A program made the translations under genes and the position numbers. Shown piece after piece: positions 41,024-59,384 of a stretch of 64,000 nt of DNA. The DNA is from the human T2T-CHM13v2.0 reference genome, Homo sapiens, in assembly GCF_009914755.1 (NCBI RefSeq), contig NC_060931.1; one strand, 5' to 3'. The notes below the pieces were generated by a model, which saw only the letters and a program-made list of their open reading frames with translations, did not search any database and was not told where the DNA came from. Numbering within the stretch: the first letter of the stretch is position 1; each line of letters starts with the position of its first letter.

Positions 41024-43199
41024 TTTCTATCATTCTTTTCTTTCATCTTCTTCTGTACTACTCATAGAAAAATACCTTATTTTCTAGCTTTCATGCCCCA
41101 ATATGTGTACTTATAGTTTCCATGTCTTGATTATTTTACTGTGTTTAAATCAGTTCTCCTATTTGACCCATTAATTAGTTTGAAAATATATTACATATCA
41201 ATACTTTTAATTTACAAGACTTTCTTTATACTCTTTATTCATTTTCATCACATTGCAGTTTTTGATAAGGAGACACTGTAATTTAAAATCTATCTGTGAA
41301 TACTGATTAGAAAAAATATTTTATGATTTTTGTTGAATAAATATTTTTTCAGAGGTCAATTGTCCCATTCATTCACTTGCATTTTCTCTTTCATGCTCTA
41401 AATTTACCTGCTGTCTATTGATTCTGGTTTCACATCAGTGACTGGATAGAGTGTGGTGAGGTTTGCATGTTTCCCATGGCTGCGCAAGCCAATGGGATCA
41501 GTTCCATCACTGATCTAAAGGACTAGTAACATGATTCCTAGATCTGTCAAGATAACTAATCAGATCCTGTTTTCCAGTACTGAGAACAGGAGGAATAAAC
41601 TCACAATGAAGTATATTTACTTAGGAAGCATGAAGGTGATAAATGTTTTATTTATCTGTGTATTTTAACATGCTGCAATCATTATAACTATTGGCACCAA
41701 TGAGTTTTTCTGGTGTGCACCTGAACCATATGAAATGACACTCAGCATATAATAAGACCAGCATATTTACAAAATGAGTACAAATACTCATATATAAGGC
41801 TGTTCCTGGAAGAGGATGGTGAAAAATACTGAAGGTCAGATGTGAACCTCATTCAAAAGATCATCCATAACTGAGCTTCCTTTGGTGAGGATTTTGAGAC
41901 TGGAAATTTATACCACTCTCTGGCCTACCTGTTAGCATCCTCATATCCTATTTGTATTGACTTTCTTTTGTCTACTTGGAATAACAAATAAGGAGAAAAC
42001 CCCTGTGTCCAGTATTTCCATTAATCTGAGTCTAATGTGGATAGTGGTGGCCAAGGCCTCTCCCTCAATGGGCATCTGGAACTGTGGACCCCAACTGTGG
42101 ACCCCAGTGGTGGCACCCCAATGGTGCCATCACAGACATCTTTATTTGTGCGTTATTGGAAGAGTGCTGAAAGGCCACTCCTATTTATCAATACTGTTTT
42201 CTCATGGACAGTGGCTTGGAGAACAGCTGTGTCCTTTTTGTCCTTACTTTTTTGGTCTTGTTCATATTCTTTACAGTGTTTCAATTTGCCTCATGCTCTA
42301 TTTCTCTCTGGAGACTCCAACCTACATTAGAGACCCGCTGGATTTAACTGCTGGAATTTGTTTAGAAAACAGTCCATTTAGCTCTACTTTCTGGGGTCAA
42401 ATACAATACGCAATGAATCCTTATAAATAGGTGGAGGTGTGCGGCATATAGGCCTGGATGTTTCAGAAGTCATCAGTGCATTAGTTTCGTAGTGATTTTC
42501 CATGGACATCTGCTGGTCCTTGCAGCTGTTGACTGGGAATTGCAATTTCTCTGGATCTCATGGGTCAGCACCCTCTGTGCAGCAGCAAACTCAGACATCC
42601 TCAGGCTTGGATTTGCTCTATTCTAGTCTGTCTGTTGATTTGATAACATCTTTCTTCCTTATTAAAACCCTTGGAAATGCTTGGTTTGCTGGTTGTATCC
42701 ATTCTTATCTTCCAATAGTTGTATAATGGTCATGAAAAATATTTTCCCTGCTCTCTAAACTCTAGGTAGAAAGAAAAGAGAAGCAAGCATGTTGGCTCAA
42801 TCTATTATCTTGAGCAGAAAACATGTTTAGACAATTTTAAATTATTCTCTGTATAGAGGTAATTCACCATTGCATTCACTTGGTAGTGATGTGATTATTA
42901 CTCAGATAATATTTGATTTCTGGGGAATGGATCAAGTTGTGAAATGCAAACGTGTAAGGTGAGATAAGAACTCAAAATAATGTGTTGTCAGAATGCTTCG
43001 TGTAAAAGGCAGGGTGGGGTGACCACGGAGAAGAGCAAGAGAGAGATTAGAAATAGAAGTGACATATAACACAGGGTCCACAGAAGTGGAAACGGCAGAA
43101 AACCTTCCTGTGTTAAAAATACAGCAGCATCTTTTTGTTTAACAATCGAAGCAGTTTTTTACTCCTGCTGTGAATTTTGGTGCTAGTTCATTTTATCCA

Positions 43200-43378
43200 C
43201 TCAACAACTCCAGACAGCACCGTGATTACCTCCTTGTCAATGTCCATAATTCCATCAACACCATGACCTCACAATTCCTTGGCCTCCTCCACCCAGTGAC
43301 ATTTGCTTCCAGCTTAATTCAGCTTCACCTTTCTTTAGGCTCACCCTTGACATTGGTGTCACCACAACTATTTCATCA
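43200..43378 (+). mobile_element. L2 ORF2 (endonuclease region) fragment
   Basis: CAACACCATGACCTCACAATTCCTTGGCCTCCTC...CTCACCCTTGACATTG resembles L2. Confidence 0.6.
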
Positions 43379-43499
43379 CTAAAGTAAAAAAAAAAAATAC
43401 TGTTTTTGTTCATACTTCACGATCTATCACAACAAGCAAGACTTTTCGGCTGAAAGGAACTTCTAAAATCGTTGTGAAAAATAAAATTACATATTTACT

Positions 43500-43830
43500 T
43501 TTCCAGATAAAATGACTGATATAAAACAGGCTATCAATGTTAATTTGTTTCTTTGCCTAAAATAAATCCAACATTTAATTGCTTTTTTCCCCCACAATCC
43601 AATTTGCACTCAGTCTGGGGTGCACCTTGCTTGATGGTGAGGTTGAAAAGGGAGCACTGTGACAGTAGAGATAGGAGCTGAAGATCTCTTAAAGGCTCAG
43701 CTCTGGCCTCAGTCACATTGTATTAGTGAAAATAAGGCCAGGCTCTACTTATCTTCAAGGACAGTGGAATGAGACTTTACCTAACAATATGAAGAGTGGC
43801 AAAAAAATTCCTGTCACCTTTATTTCATCA
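43500..43830 (-). mobile_element. Old MLT1 LTR fragment
   Basis: TCTTAAAGGCTCAGCTCTGG...CACATTGTATTAGTGAAAATAAGGCCAG...GAGACTTTACCT pattern. Confidence 0.45.
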
Positions 43831-44342
43831 CAAGGAACATGCAATTGGGCTGGACTTAGTATGTATTAAATATATCTGGAATATATATATGAATAAAAGA
43901 ATAAATACTCTTAGAATAGATTCATTTTTACCTTCACTCTGTCAATGTAAAAAGTATTCATTTTTCAAGGTCTAGTTTACTGCTGCATTCTCTGGGAAGG
44001 TTTTTTTTTTTTTCCTCTACTAGAAATGATAACTTTCACTTAATTTTAATTGCATTATAACACTTTTCATAGCCAACATCATAGGTAAGAATTATATTCA
44101 ATTCCTTTTTTCATGGAATAGCAAGTTGAAAATGGAACATTTTATTAATAATTGTCTACAAGTGGCATTCACTGTATCTAACATACAAGCTCTTAATAAA
44201 TAATTGTTGAATAGTTGATGTTAAATTACAACATGAATTAAATATGAGACTAAATATTTAACAAATGCTTTGTTGATAGGTAGAATTAAGTTTAATATGT
44301 ATTTTAACAATATATGTCTTTGTATTTATCTTTTTTGTGCTG

Positions 44343-45304
44343 TTTTTTTAAAAAAAAAATCAGGTTCGAGGATACAAATGCAGGTTTGTTACCTAAGTGA
44401 ATTCATGTCATGGGGGTTTGTTGTACAGATTATTTCATTACTCAGGTATTAAGGCCAGTGCCAAATAATTGTCTTTTCTGCTCCTCTCCCTCCTCCCACT
44501 CTCCACCCTCAAGTACATCCCAGTGTGTGTTGTTTCCTTCTTTGTCTTCATACGTTTTCATGATTTAGCTCCCACTTACAAGTGAGAACGTGGTATTTCC
44601 TGTTCCAGCATTAATGTGCTAAGGATAATGGCCTCCAGCTCCATCTATGTTCCTGCAAAAGACATGATCTTGTTCTTTTTTATGGCTACATAGTACTCCA
44701 TGATGTATATGTACCACATTTTCTTTATCCAATCTGTCATTAATGGGCATTTAGGTTGAGTCCATGTCTTGCTATTGTGAATAGTGCTGCAATAAACATA
44801 CACGTGCATGTGTCTTTATAGTAGAATGATTTATATTCCTCTGGGCATACACCCAGCAGTGACACAGCTGGGTCGAATGGTAGTTCTGCTTTTAGCTCTT
44901 TGAGAAATCACTGTACTGCTTTCCACAATGGTTGAACTAAATTACACTCTCACCAACAGTGTGGAAGTTTTCCATTTTCTCTGCATCCTGGTCAGCATCT
45001 GTTATTTTTCAACTTTTTAGATGTATAATTGGCAAAATTTTTCTCCCATTCTGTAGGTTGTCTGTTTACTCTGTTGATAGTTTCTTTTGCTTTGCAGAAG
45101 CACTTAAGTTTAATCAGATCTCACTGTTGATGTTTGCTCTTGTTATTATTGCTTTTGGTGTCTTTGTCATGAAATCTTTGCCCATTCCTATGTCCAAGAT
45201 GGTATTGCCTGGGTTGTCTTTTAGGATTTGTACAGTTTTGGGTTTTACATTAAAGACTTTAATCCATCTTGAGTTGATTTTTGTATATGGTGTAAGGAAG
45301 GGGT
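44343..45304 (-). mobile_element. L1PA13-16-type 3' fragment with an internal deletion near 45020
   Basis: TGCAGGTTTGTTAC...GTACAGATTATTTCATTACTCAGGTATTAAG...TTAGCTCCCACTTACAAGTGAGAAC, ending GGTGTAAGGAAGGGGT. Confidence 0.92.
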
Positions 45305-46467
45305 TCTTATTTTACTCAAAGTAGAAAATTTGGAAAACAAAAAGAAGAAAAAGATTTGTAATTGTATATCATTCAGATAATCACAGAGAAATATTGATGG
45401 ATATACTGGCACTCTTTATGAACACTCCTGTTGTTTTAAGAACACACAACATCTCTTCACTGAAAATTTAGTATCCATTTCCCACATTTCAAAGTAAAAA
45501 AATAACTCTAGTACGTTTTATCAGTAACAACTAAGAAAACAAAATCTACTATAAGGAATATTTTGTGGCCAGAGCATTTAATCTGAAGGACTCATTCTGT
45601 TATTAGAAAATAATTACATTTTGATGTGTCCAGCTGTTTTTCCCATGTTCTGTTGGAAAATATTTTATTTATAAAATTGTATCTCAAAATATACCTCAAA
45701 TTAGTAGCATGAAATTTTCTCAAATTATAAAATTAACTGAATGTGTTTTTACAACATAATTTTCTTCTTAAATATCTGCTATGTTGCTTTTAATATTTTA
45801 GTATTTTATGTAATGTTGAATATTGTTTAGTTAAAATTGCCTGCTTACTGAAGGTTATTACTATTATTATTATTGAATGGATTATGTGAAATGGGATGGC
45901 TGAGAAAAACACAAAGCCTATATTGATAATACGTGAATTTTAAAAAGAAATGCTTATTTGTATTTACAAATAGATATTTCTCTGTGACATCATTACAGTA
46001 GTAAATTTTTAATAATGTATCTTCTAATGTTTTGCTTTGTGGTATATTTACATCAGTGTCCATATGTCACTTTTCATAAATGCTTACGATTTGCATTAAA
46101 ATTAACAAGATTTATCTAGCTTTTTGACTTCAATGTGATGAGCCATAGCTTAGAAGTCAGCAGCCAGTAAAACTATAAAATATAAGAAATGCTCAATGAT
46201 TTTAAATTAATAACTTGAGTCACATTATGAGCAAAAATTTTGATGATCCTGTAGTATCTTAGGTGAAGTAACATAGTTGATTTTGACCATGATATCAGAA
46301 TAAGGAAAAAGAACAATTTTAAACTACTTTACCTATTCGAAAATAATCGATTGATCACAATGTAAACAATATAACCTTCAGTGTAATATTGTTCACTATA
46401 TGTTATTCAAAATTATGTTTGTGAAATTCATCCATATTTTGCCTTTGTAATTTATTCATTCTCTTTG

Positions 46468-46631
46468 CCATGTACCATGGTGGTTTGCTGCACCTATCAA
46501 CCCATCATCTAGGTATTAAGTCTCACATGCATTAGGTATTTGTCCTAATGATCTCCCTCCCCTCGCCCCCCACCCTCCCATAGGCCCCGGTGTGTGTTGC
46601 TCCCCTCGCTGTGTCCATGTGCTCTCATTGT
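46468..46631 (-). mobile_element. Internal piece of an L1PA (about L1PA8) 3' UTR, no poly(A) tail
   Basis: CCATGGTGGTTTGCTGCACCTATCAACCCATCATCTAGGTATTAAG...GTGTCCATGTGCTCTCATTGT. Confidence 0.88.
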
Positions 46632-47078
46632 ACATGGATGCAGTTTTCTAGGTACTTAGCAAAGAATGAAATCTTTATATTAAAGGATATGTTCATTTTT
46701 AGGAGATAATAAAAAATAGTTTTATACAGTTCCTGTACAATCTACATTCCAACCAGCAATCTATAGGCATCCCATTTGTTTCACATTGTCATAAACTGTT
46801 AGTGTCATTGGTCTTTATAATGCTAGCCATTTTGCATACATTGTATTGAGGATTTAATTCACAATTTTCTGACAAAAATAATGACTTTTGTAATTTTTTT
46901 CTATTAATATTTATTTTTTTACAAAATTTTGTATTATATTATTATCCTTTGTATTTTTTGTACTTTTGTATTATTGTACATACCATTTGTATTTATGATA
47001 ACTTCATAAGGTCTGAGGCTAACATCAATAATGTTTTGAGCTTTCTTTTTGCATCTGTGTTAATTTCTTCACTATTAG

Positions 47079-49975
<2,897 letters not shown>

Positions 49976-50307
49976 TTTTTTTTTTTTTTGAGAGAGAGAG
50001 TCTTTCTCCATCGCCCAGGCTGGAAAGCAGTGGCGGAATTTCGGCTCACTGCAAGCTCGCCTCCTGGCCTCAAGCAATTTGCCAGGCTCAAATGATTTGC
50101 CATGCTCAAGCGATTTGCCGGCCTCAGCCTCCCATGTAGCTGGGACTACAAGTGCGTGTCACTGCACTAGCTAATTTTTGTAATATTTGTAGAGATGGAG
50201 TTTCATCATGTTGGCCCAGTCTCATCTTGAACTCCTGAACTCAAGCGATCTGCCCACCTCAACCTCCCAAAGTGTTGGGATTTTAGGCATGAGCCATCAT
50301 GCCCGGT
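49976..50307 (-). mobile_element. Alu, apparently mosaic (Y-like 3' end, J-like remainder), with an 18-bp triplication
   Basis: CACTGCAAGCTCGCCTCC (Y-like) versus CTCCTGAACTCAAGCGATC (J-like); repeat units at 50066-50119. Confidence 0.9.
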
Positions 50308-51100
50308 CAACTTTTATAATTTTTATAAAGTGACTATGCAAGTAGTTGGCCCATAATTTGGGGCATTCCCTGCTTTTCCTCTCATTGATTTGTTGTTTGT
50401 GACATATTCTGAATATATGGTGGGCATATGATTTCTTTGTTAGATATATGCACACAAAATCACTTACCCCATTCATCTTAATTTTAAATTTTTCAATGGT
50501 GAATTCTTACGATGAGAAGATCTTGTCGGAATGTGATCCACTTTGCAGTCTAGTCTTTTTAAAAGTACATTTAGGTCTTTTTGTAACCTTTGAAGAAATA
50601 TTTTTCCACTCGAAGGTCAGTAAGATCAACTGCGTTGTCTCCTCAAGGCTTTATTTTGCTTTTCATATTTACATATATAATCAGCCGTGTATACATTTTT
50701 GGGTACAAGGTAAGGTAGATGCAGGGTTACTCATTTTCCTATGAATATTCAAAAGGGAATATATCTTTCCCACTGTTCTGAGTGCAGATTTGTGAAAGTG
50801 AATCACAGTACATGCCCAGCACCCAAAAGAGCGTGTATGCTTTGAATTTTCACAGTGCTTCTGATGTGGGGTGAAAATTATAAACGCTTCTTGTTAAGTC
50901 ACTGCATCTGAAGTCACTGTTGTCAAAACTGTCTCTTCCCAACATTTTGGGTTTGTTTACAGATTCTTTACGATGTTTGGTTGGTCTGATTGTCTATTTT
51001 GGTGCTTGTCTTCAGTGTCAGTTACTATAGCTTTATAATGAGGGTTGGTGTTTAATAATGTTGTCTTTCTACTTCATTCTGCTTCATGATTGTCTTCCCT

Positions 51101-51518
51101 TGGTACAGTTGGATGTTTTTCCCTTCTGCATCTCCTGTTGAAATGTGAACCCCATGTTGGACATGGTGCCTAGTGGGAGGTATTTGGGTCATGGGGGTGA
51201 ATCCTTCTTGAATAGCTTGGTGCCCTCCCCACGATAATGAGCGAGTTCTCTGTTAGTTAGAGCTAGAGCTCATTGTTTAAAAGAGCCTGGTACCTCCTCC
51301 CCTCTCTTTCTTGCTCTCCCTCTTTCCAAGTGATACACTGATTCCACCTTTGCCATCTGCTATGGTTGTGAGCTTTCTGAGGCCCTTTCCAGAAGCAGAT
51401 GCCAGCACTGTGCTTCTTGTACAGCCCGCAGAATCATAAGCCAAAATAAATATATTTTCTTTATAAATTATCCAACCTCAAGTCTAGCTTTATGGCAATG
51501 AAAAAAAAAACTAATGCA
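51101..51518 (+). mobile_element. MSTB-type MaLR solo LTR
   Basis: TG...CA termini, GTGGGAGGTATTTGGGTCATGGGGGTGAATCC, CCAGAAGCAGATGCCAGCAC; TSD TCCCT / TCACT. Confidence 0.92.
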
Positions 51519-51654
51519 TCACTATTCTTGAGTCTTTGCCTTTCCATATAACTTTTAGAAATAACTTGTGAATTTTTTACAGAAGAATCTGTTAAGTATT
51601 TTGATGGCGATTACATTGAATCTTTAATCGATAAGGGGATAATTGACATATTTA

Positions 51655-51970
<316 letters not shown>

Positions 51971-52744
51971 TTTGGATATTTACAATTATAAACATGTTAC
52001 GTCTTTCTATTTCTTTAGAAATTAAAAAACTCTCTTACTACTATTTTATTGTTTTCTCTACAAGGTCTCACATAATTTTGCAGATTATTGTCATATATAT
52101 AATATTCTATTTGCTATCCTATTCCAGAAGTGATTTATTTTTGCTAATCGTGAGCAGGCAGTCCATGGGTGAATCCCCTTAATCCATGTTCTCTGTAAGT
52201 TGCCAATTTGGGTTTCAGATGTACTCATGTTGCTCTTTGAGTTCCCAGCTGAATTCCTGGACCCTCTTATCTTTGGCAGGTCATACACCCTACCCCCATA
52301 AGCCTGCCGAAAGTTCTGTTCGCCTTATCATCTCAAATGCAAATCAGCCATCATCTAGAAAGGAAAACAGCCAAGTATCAGACTCCCCCTTCACTACTTC
52401 CTCCATATGACAAGAAGATTGGTCCACAACTTCTCACTGCCCAATCTCTGGCCAAAGTTATTATGCAGCTATATTTATACTTTGTCCTGCTTTTTACCAA
52501 AGACTTGAAAAAAATTGTAAGTATGTTCAGAGAACCAACATTATACTTTGATAATTAAATCATTATGTTTATTTTTTAATTATATTAATTTGTTTTTATC
52601 GTCATTATTTCCACCCTTCCACCACCTTCTCTCTGGTCATATATTTTAAGGAGCTTCTTTATTTTCATCACAGAAATTATAATCATCTTCTGTTATAATC
52701 TTCAGTGTTGAATGTGTAGGCTATCTTGACTGGTATTGTTGGTA

Positions 52745-53643
52745 CTTAACAATACACCTGACACAAAACGTGGAATTTTTCACCCACACCAGCCAATCCT
52801 TCCCCTTTCCAAATACCAAATGGGCATCTCAAAATTCAATTCAATTCAATTCTGACACTAACTACCAAATTAGCATAGACATCACAGGTTAAAGGCTCAG
52901 TCCCATAAAACTGCCCTCACTTCAGATGCCAGGTTCAAGTACAGAGTGCCAAGGGTGCCTACACTTCTGCCTGATTTGGGTACAAAGTTGAGGATCTTCA
53001 CAACTTTCTCCTCAGGTTCCATAATTTGCGAGAAGAGTTCACAGAGCTCAGGGCAACACTTTACTTACTATTGCTGGTTTACTCTGAAGGATATCATAAA
53101 GGATACAGATGAGCATGGAGATGAAGAGGTACACAGGATGTGGTCCGGAAGAGCTCTGAGCACAGGAGTTTCTGATCCCATGGAGTGTATGCATTCGCCA
53201 ACCTGAAAGCTCACCAAATCCTATAATTTAGAGAATTTTATGGAGGTAAATATGATTTATTATCATTGGCCATTGGTGACTGACTCAATTTTTAGCCTCC
53301 TCCTCTCCCTAAAGATCTAGTGGGGAGGCTAAGACTTCCTACATTCTAGTCATGCCTTGGTCTGTCTGGAGACCTGCCTCTGTCCTGATGCTCTCCAGGG
53401 GCTCCAGCTGTTAGTCATCCTATTGGCATACAAAAGACAGTCCTGTCACTTCAGAGAGTCCAAGGTCTTAGCAACTATTGTGTTAGTAACTGGGAAGTAA
53501 GCCCAAAAATTATAACAAAAGAGGTTCCCATCATCCCCTATCACACAGGAAATTACAAGGGTTTTATTTAGAAGCTTGTGCCAGGAAACAGGAAGGAAGA
53601 TCAAATATATATTTATCATTATATAAAAATTACATCATGTCAG
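52745..53643 (-). mobile_element. MER21 (ERVL) LTR
   Basis: AATTCAATTCTGACACTAACTACC...GGCTCAGTCCCATAAAACTGCCCTCACTTCAGATGCC; homologous to 59385-60404. Confidence 0.88.
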
Positions 53644-54929
53644 AGAGAAAGTCTTATAATTGTTATTGAATGTTGAGCATAAGAATGATATCAACAACCA
53701 GATAAATCTTACGTTTATTATAGAAATGATCCTACTTAACATTTCTTTGAATTTATTTAGTGGGTCTAGATTTTTATGGAAGAGGCTAATTACTAAAGTT
53801 TCAAAATGAGGATGTGATATAGGTATGGGTGTCAATCTATTAATATGTCATATCTGACAACTTTATCTTCTAACATAACTAAGAAAACATACTTTAGCAA
53901 ACTTTATCATTTGTACAAAAGCATTTGGAAGAGCTAACTACAAGTACTTATACTCATGCCTCCAGTGGTTCAGATTTAGTAATGTAGTTGGACTCATGTA
54001 TTCCTCATATGCATGTATTGCATACTCGCTGTAATTGGGTTCATATGTGCATTTTTGCCAGTAAAATCGGTAATTCTGATATTTGCTCTGAGGATCATAA
54101 TTTAATAAATACTGCTTTAAAGTGAAAATGAGTCAAAATACTGTTAAAAGAGAACGTGTATTTTGCATTTTCAGAGGTGATATAAATGTGGTCTTACAAA
54201 CAATTCTAACTTTTTCCTTTGCTCAACAGAACTCATCACTCTTGTCAAATTCTTTCCATCTATTGTGTGTTTAAATAATGATAATGGAGATATCAAATAT
54301 GCCATCTCCATAGTGAACAACTAATACATCTGTCTTGGCTTGAACATTCCTTTCAAACCATAAGAAAAAGTAGTAGCATTCACCTTTATTAATAATTCGT
54401 AACATTGATACTGGGAATATATGGAATATTTAAAAAACAAAATATGTAACAATCAACCTGGATTCTTCAATACATTTGATTGTTGTACATTTAAAATAGC
54501 TATTTATCTACTTACATTTTTAATAAGATTTTGCCCACCCACAATATTTTATTGAACCCTTTATTTTTGCAGTTTCATCCATCAATCATTTTAAGACAGG
54601 GAAGGTAAAAAATTTCGGAGTTTTTCTTTTTTTCTCATTATGATCTCACTTTCTCTTGACTAAATAAATCCATATAATATTGTGTATTGTCATTGCTCAG
54701 GTCATCTATGAATTAATTAAACTAAAATAACATGGGATTATTAATGTTTACCTATCCTATAGCTCTTACGATAATTTTGTGATATTAATTTTAAATTATT
54801 TTTTATTTCTTGAACTCTCATGTTTGCTGCTGCCTTCCAAATTATCAACATGCATTTATTTTTGTTTGAAGTCAAAAAGTTACAGTGAATCTTTTCTATT
54901 AATTTAGAAGCAAATTATAAGCAATTATG

Positions 54930-56780
<1,851 letters not shown>

Positions 56781-57244
56781 GTATTCCCATCAACAAAGTT
56801 GCTTTCAAAAAAACTTTTAAGCCTATATTTAAGTCATAGTTAAATGTGAATAATTTAAAATATCAAATATTGAGCAATTATTTATTAAGGAGTAATAAAA
56901 AAAAGACTGGAAAAGGCACCTGGTGAAAATATGTGAACAACATACAGTCCTTTTATCAACTTGCCTGCATTCCAGTGAAGATAAAGAATGAATATATTAT
57001 TCAAATACAATGCTGAGCCTGAAGAGCATTATAATTTAATTAAAATGAAAAGAAAGCCATTATCTGATAGATGAATTAAAAAGCCTTCTCAGAGAATGGA
57101 TAATTAAAATACATCTTGAAATATTAGTGCTCTTTCAAGTGACAAAGTGTGAAAGAAATGTGTTCTTGGCTGGGATGAGAGCACACACTCTTTCATTCAG
57201 TCACTGTTTCAAAAATTATTTATTTACTACACATGTAAGTCAAG

Positions 57245-57792
57245 ACACAGCGAAGTAGACTCTGGTGGATGCGTTTTACCACCACTCCAACCCAGAAGTA
57301 GAGACCACTTTCACTCTGCTGGAATCTAGGTTGGCTCCGGGACTTGCTTTGACTGGAAAAACGCAGTGAGGGTGGTGCAAAGTAATTCCTAAGGCAGAGC
57401 CTTTCAGAAATCAGCAAGTTGCATTCTCATTTCTCAAAATGCTCCCTTTTGGAACCCAGTCACGAAATATCAAGCTTAAGCCACATGGCTTGTTCAAGTG
57501 GAGGAAAATCACAGTGCCCTGGGCAGCAGCCTCAGCTGGGCTCTCCCAGGGCAGAGCCTGCACCTCCTGCTGCACCTTCCCGGGTGCTGTGGCCCAGCGG
57601 CCACCTGCAGCCCGCACCTACTGCTCCCGCGGAAAGAGAACCCGGGAATGTTGGGAATGGCTGTGTGCATTTTTACATGGAAAGAATGTAAATAACCTAT
57701 TGTCAGTCAGCCCACATAATTGTGAGATCTTAAATGTTTTAAGCAATTAAGTTCGGGGTCTTTGGTTGTTCAGCAACATATGATTGAAACAG
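57245..57792 (+). mobile_element. MLT1G/H-type MaLR LTR (probable 5' LTR)
   Basis: GAATCTAGGTTGGCTCCGGGACTTGCTTTGAC...TTTTAAGCAATTAAGTTCGGGG...ATTGAAACA, followed by MaLR internal-like sequence. Confidence 0.75.
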
Positions 57793-58040
57793 AAACTGCC
57801 ATTGTAAAGTTGGCTTTGGGGCGAGGCATCAGTCTCAGGCTATTTGTGAAGGCTAGAAAGACAGGGAGAAATTTGCCACAAAATTACTATTTAAGCCTAT
57901 GAGAAGAAATTCCAATTTAGATACTGTATAACTGATAATTAAACATTATTTGTGGTAAGATGAAAGTGAGAAAATGTATGAAATGACCCTGTGGATCTGA
58001 GTAAGATTTCCAATTAGAGTGTTGAAAGGGTCAATGCGAG

Positions 58041-58259
<219 letters not shown>

Positions 58260-58324
58260 TTATAGGACCACTACCACAAAAATCCTTAAAAGCAACTGCC
58301 AGCATCTCTTTTTTTCAGTATGCA

Positions 58325-58628
58325 CTTTTATTAATTTATTTTTTAATTTATAGGTAATAATTGCATGCATTTATGAGGTACAATGTGATGTTTTGATACA
58401 TGTATACATCATGTAATAATCAAGTCAGGGTAATGAACAAATCTATCACCTCATGCAATTATTATTTCTTTGTGATGAGAACATTCAAAATCTTGTCTTC
58501 TAGTTATTTTGAAATATACAGCAAATAATTGTTAACCACAGTCACTCTACTGTGCAATAACGTACCATAACTTATTCCTCCCTCCTCCTACCTGACTGCA
58601 ACTTTGCACCTGTTGACCATCCTCTCCT
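58325..58628 (-). mobile_element. L1MA-type 3' end
   Basis: TTTATGAGGTACAATGTGATGTTTTGATACATGTATAC...CTTTGTGATGAGAACATTCAAAATC. Confidence 0.88.
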
Positions 58629-58629
58629 T

Positions 58630-59243
58630 AACTCACAGGTGTGGAGGCTGGAAGTCCAAGGTCAAGGTGCTGGCAGCTTTGGTTTCTTCTGAGGCCTCTC
58701 TTCCTGGTTTGCAGACGGTGCCTCCTGGCTATGTCCTCATGTGGCCGTTCTGCATGTACAGCCCTAGTGTGTTTTTCTTTTTTCTTATAAAGACATACTG
58801 GGCCAGGCGTGGTGGCTCACACCTGTAATCCCAACATTTTGGGAGGCTGAGGTGGGTGGATCACCTGAGGTCAGGAGTTGAAGAACAGCCTGGCCAACAT
58901 GGTGAAACCCCATCTCTACGAAAAATACAAAAATACAAAATTTAGCGGGGCGTGGTGTCAGGCACCTATAGTCCCAGCTACTTGGGAGGCTGAGGCATGA
59001 GAATTGCTTGAACCCGGGAGGCAGAGGTTGCAGTCCAGGATGGGTGACAGAGCAAGACTCTGTCTCAAAAAAAAAAAAAAAAAAAAAAAAAAAAGACATT
59101 GGACTAGGGACCCATACCAAGGGCTTCAGTTTAATATAAACACATCTTTGAAGGCCCTTTCTCCAAATGCAGTCACATTCTGATATACTGAGGTTGGGAC
59201 CTCTATATATGAATCTGGGGGCAACACAATTCAGCCCATACCA
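58630..59243 (-). mobile_element. MLT1A/A0 LTR split by the Alu at 58801-59093
   Basis: GGAGGCTGGAAGTCCAAGGTCAAGGTGCTGGCAG...CAAATGCAGTCACATTCTGA...ACACAATTCAGCCCATACCA. Confidence 0.88.
58801..59093 (+). mobile_element. AluSx-type element with a right-arm deletion
   Basis: GGCCAGGCGTGG start, long A tail, roughly 25 bp missing after GGTTGCAGT; TSD-like AAAGACAT on both flanks. Confidence 0.96.
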
Positions 59244-59384
59244 CCTCCTTTTTGAGCAGGGGTTTCTGTTGTGGTGATCTGGTTCTTGGAACCACATTTT
59301 ATGTTGGGAAGAAAGCTCTTTAGGCAGATAGATCTCTGTGTCCGCAAAAAAACACATATGCAAAGAACCTCATCTGCAATTGGA

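Noticed and set aside
40741-41067. Poly-His and hydrophobic Met/Val ORFs resembling metal-binding or membrane proteins
   Set aside because: Entirely produced by the trinucleotide repeat.
41957-42430. 157-aa ORF containing tandem AACTGTGGACCCC (42080-42105)
   Set aside because: Non-ATG start, no recognisable domain; the repeat is a simple local duplication.
50066-50119. Short tandem repeats as a CRISPR-like array
   Set aside because: No spacers, no cas genes, primate DNA; the units are Alu-derived.
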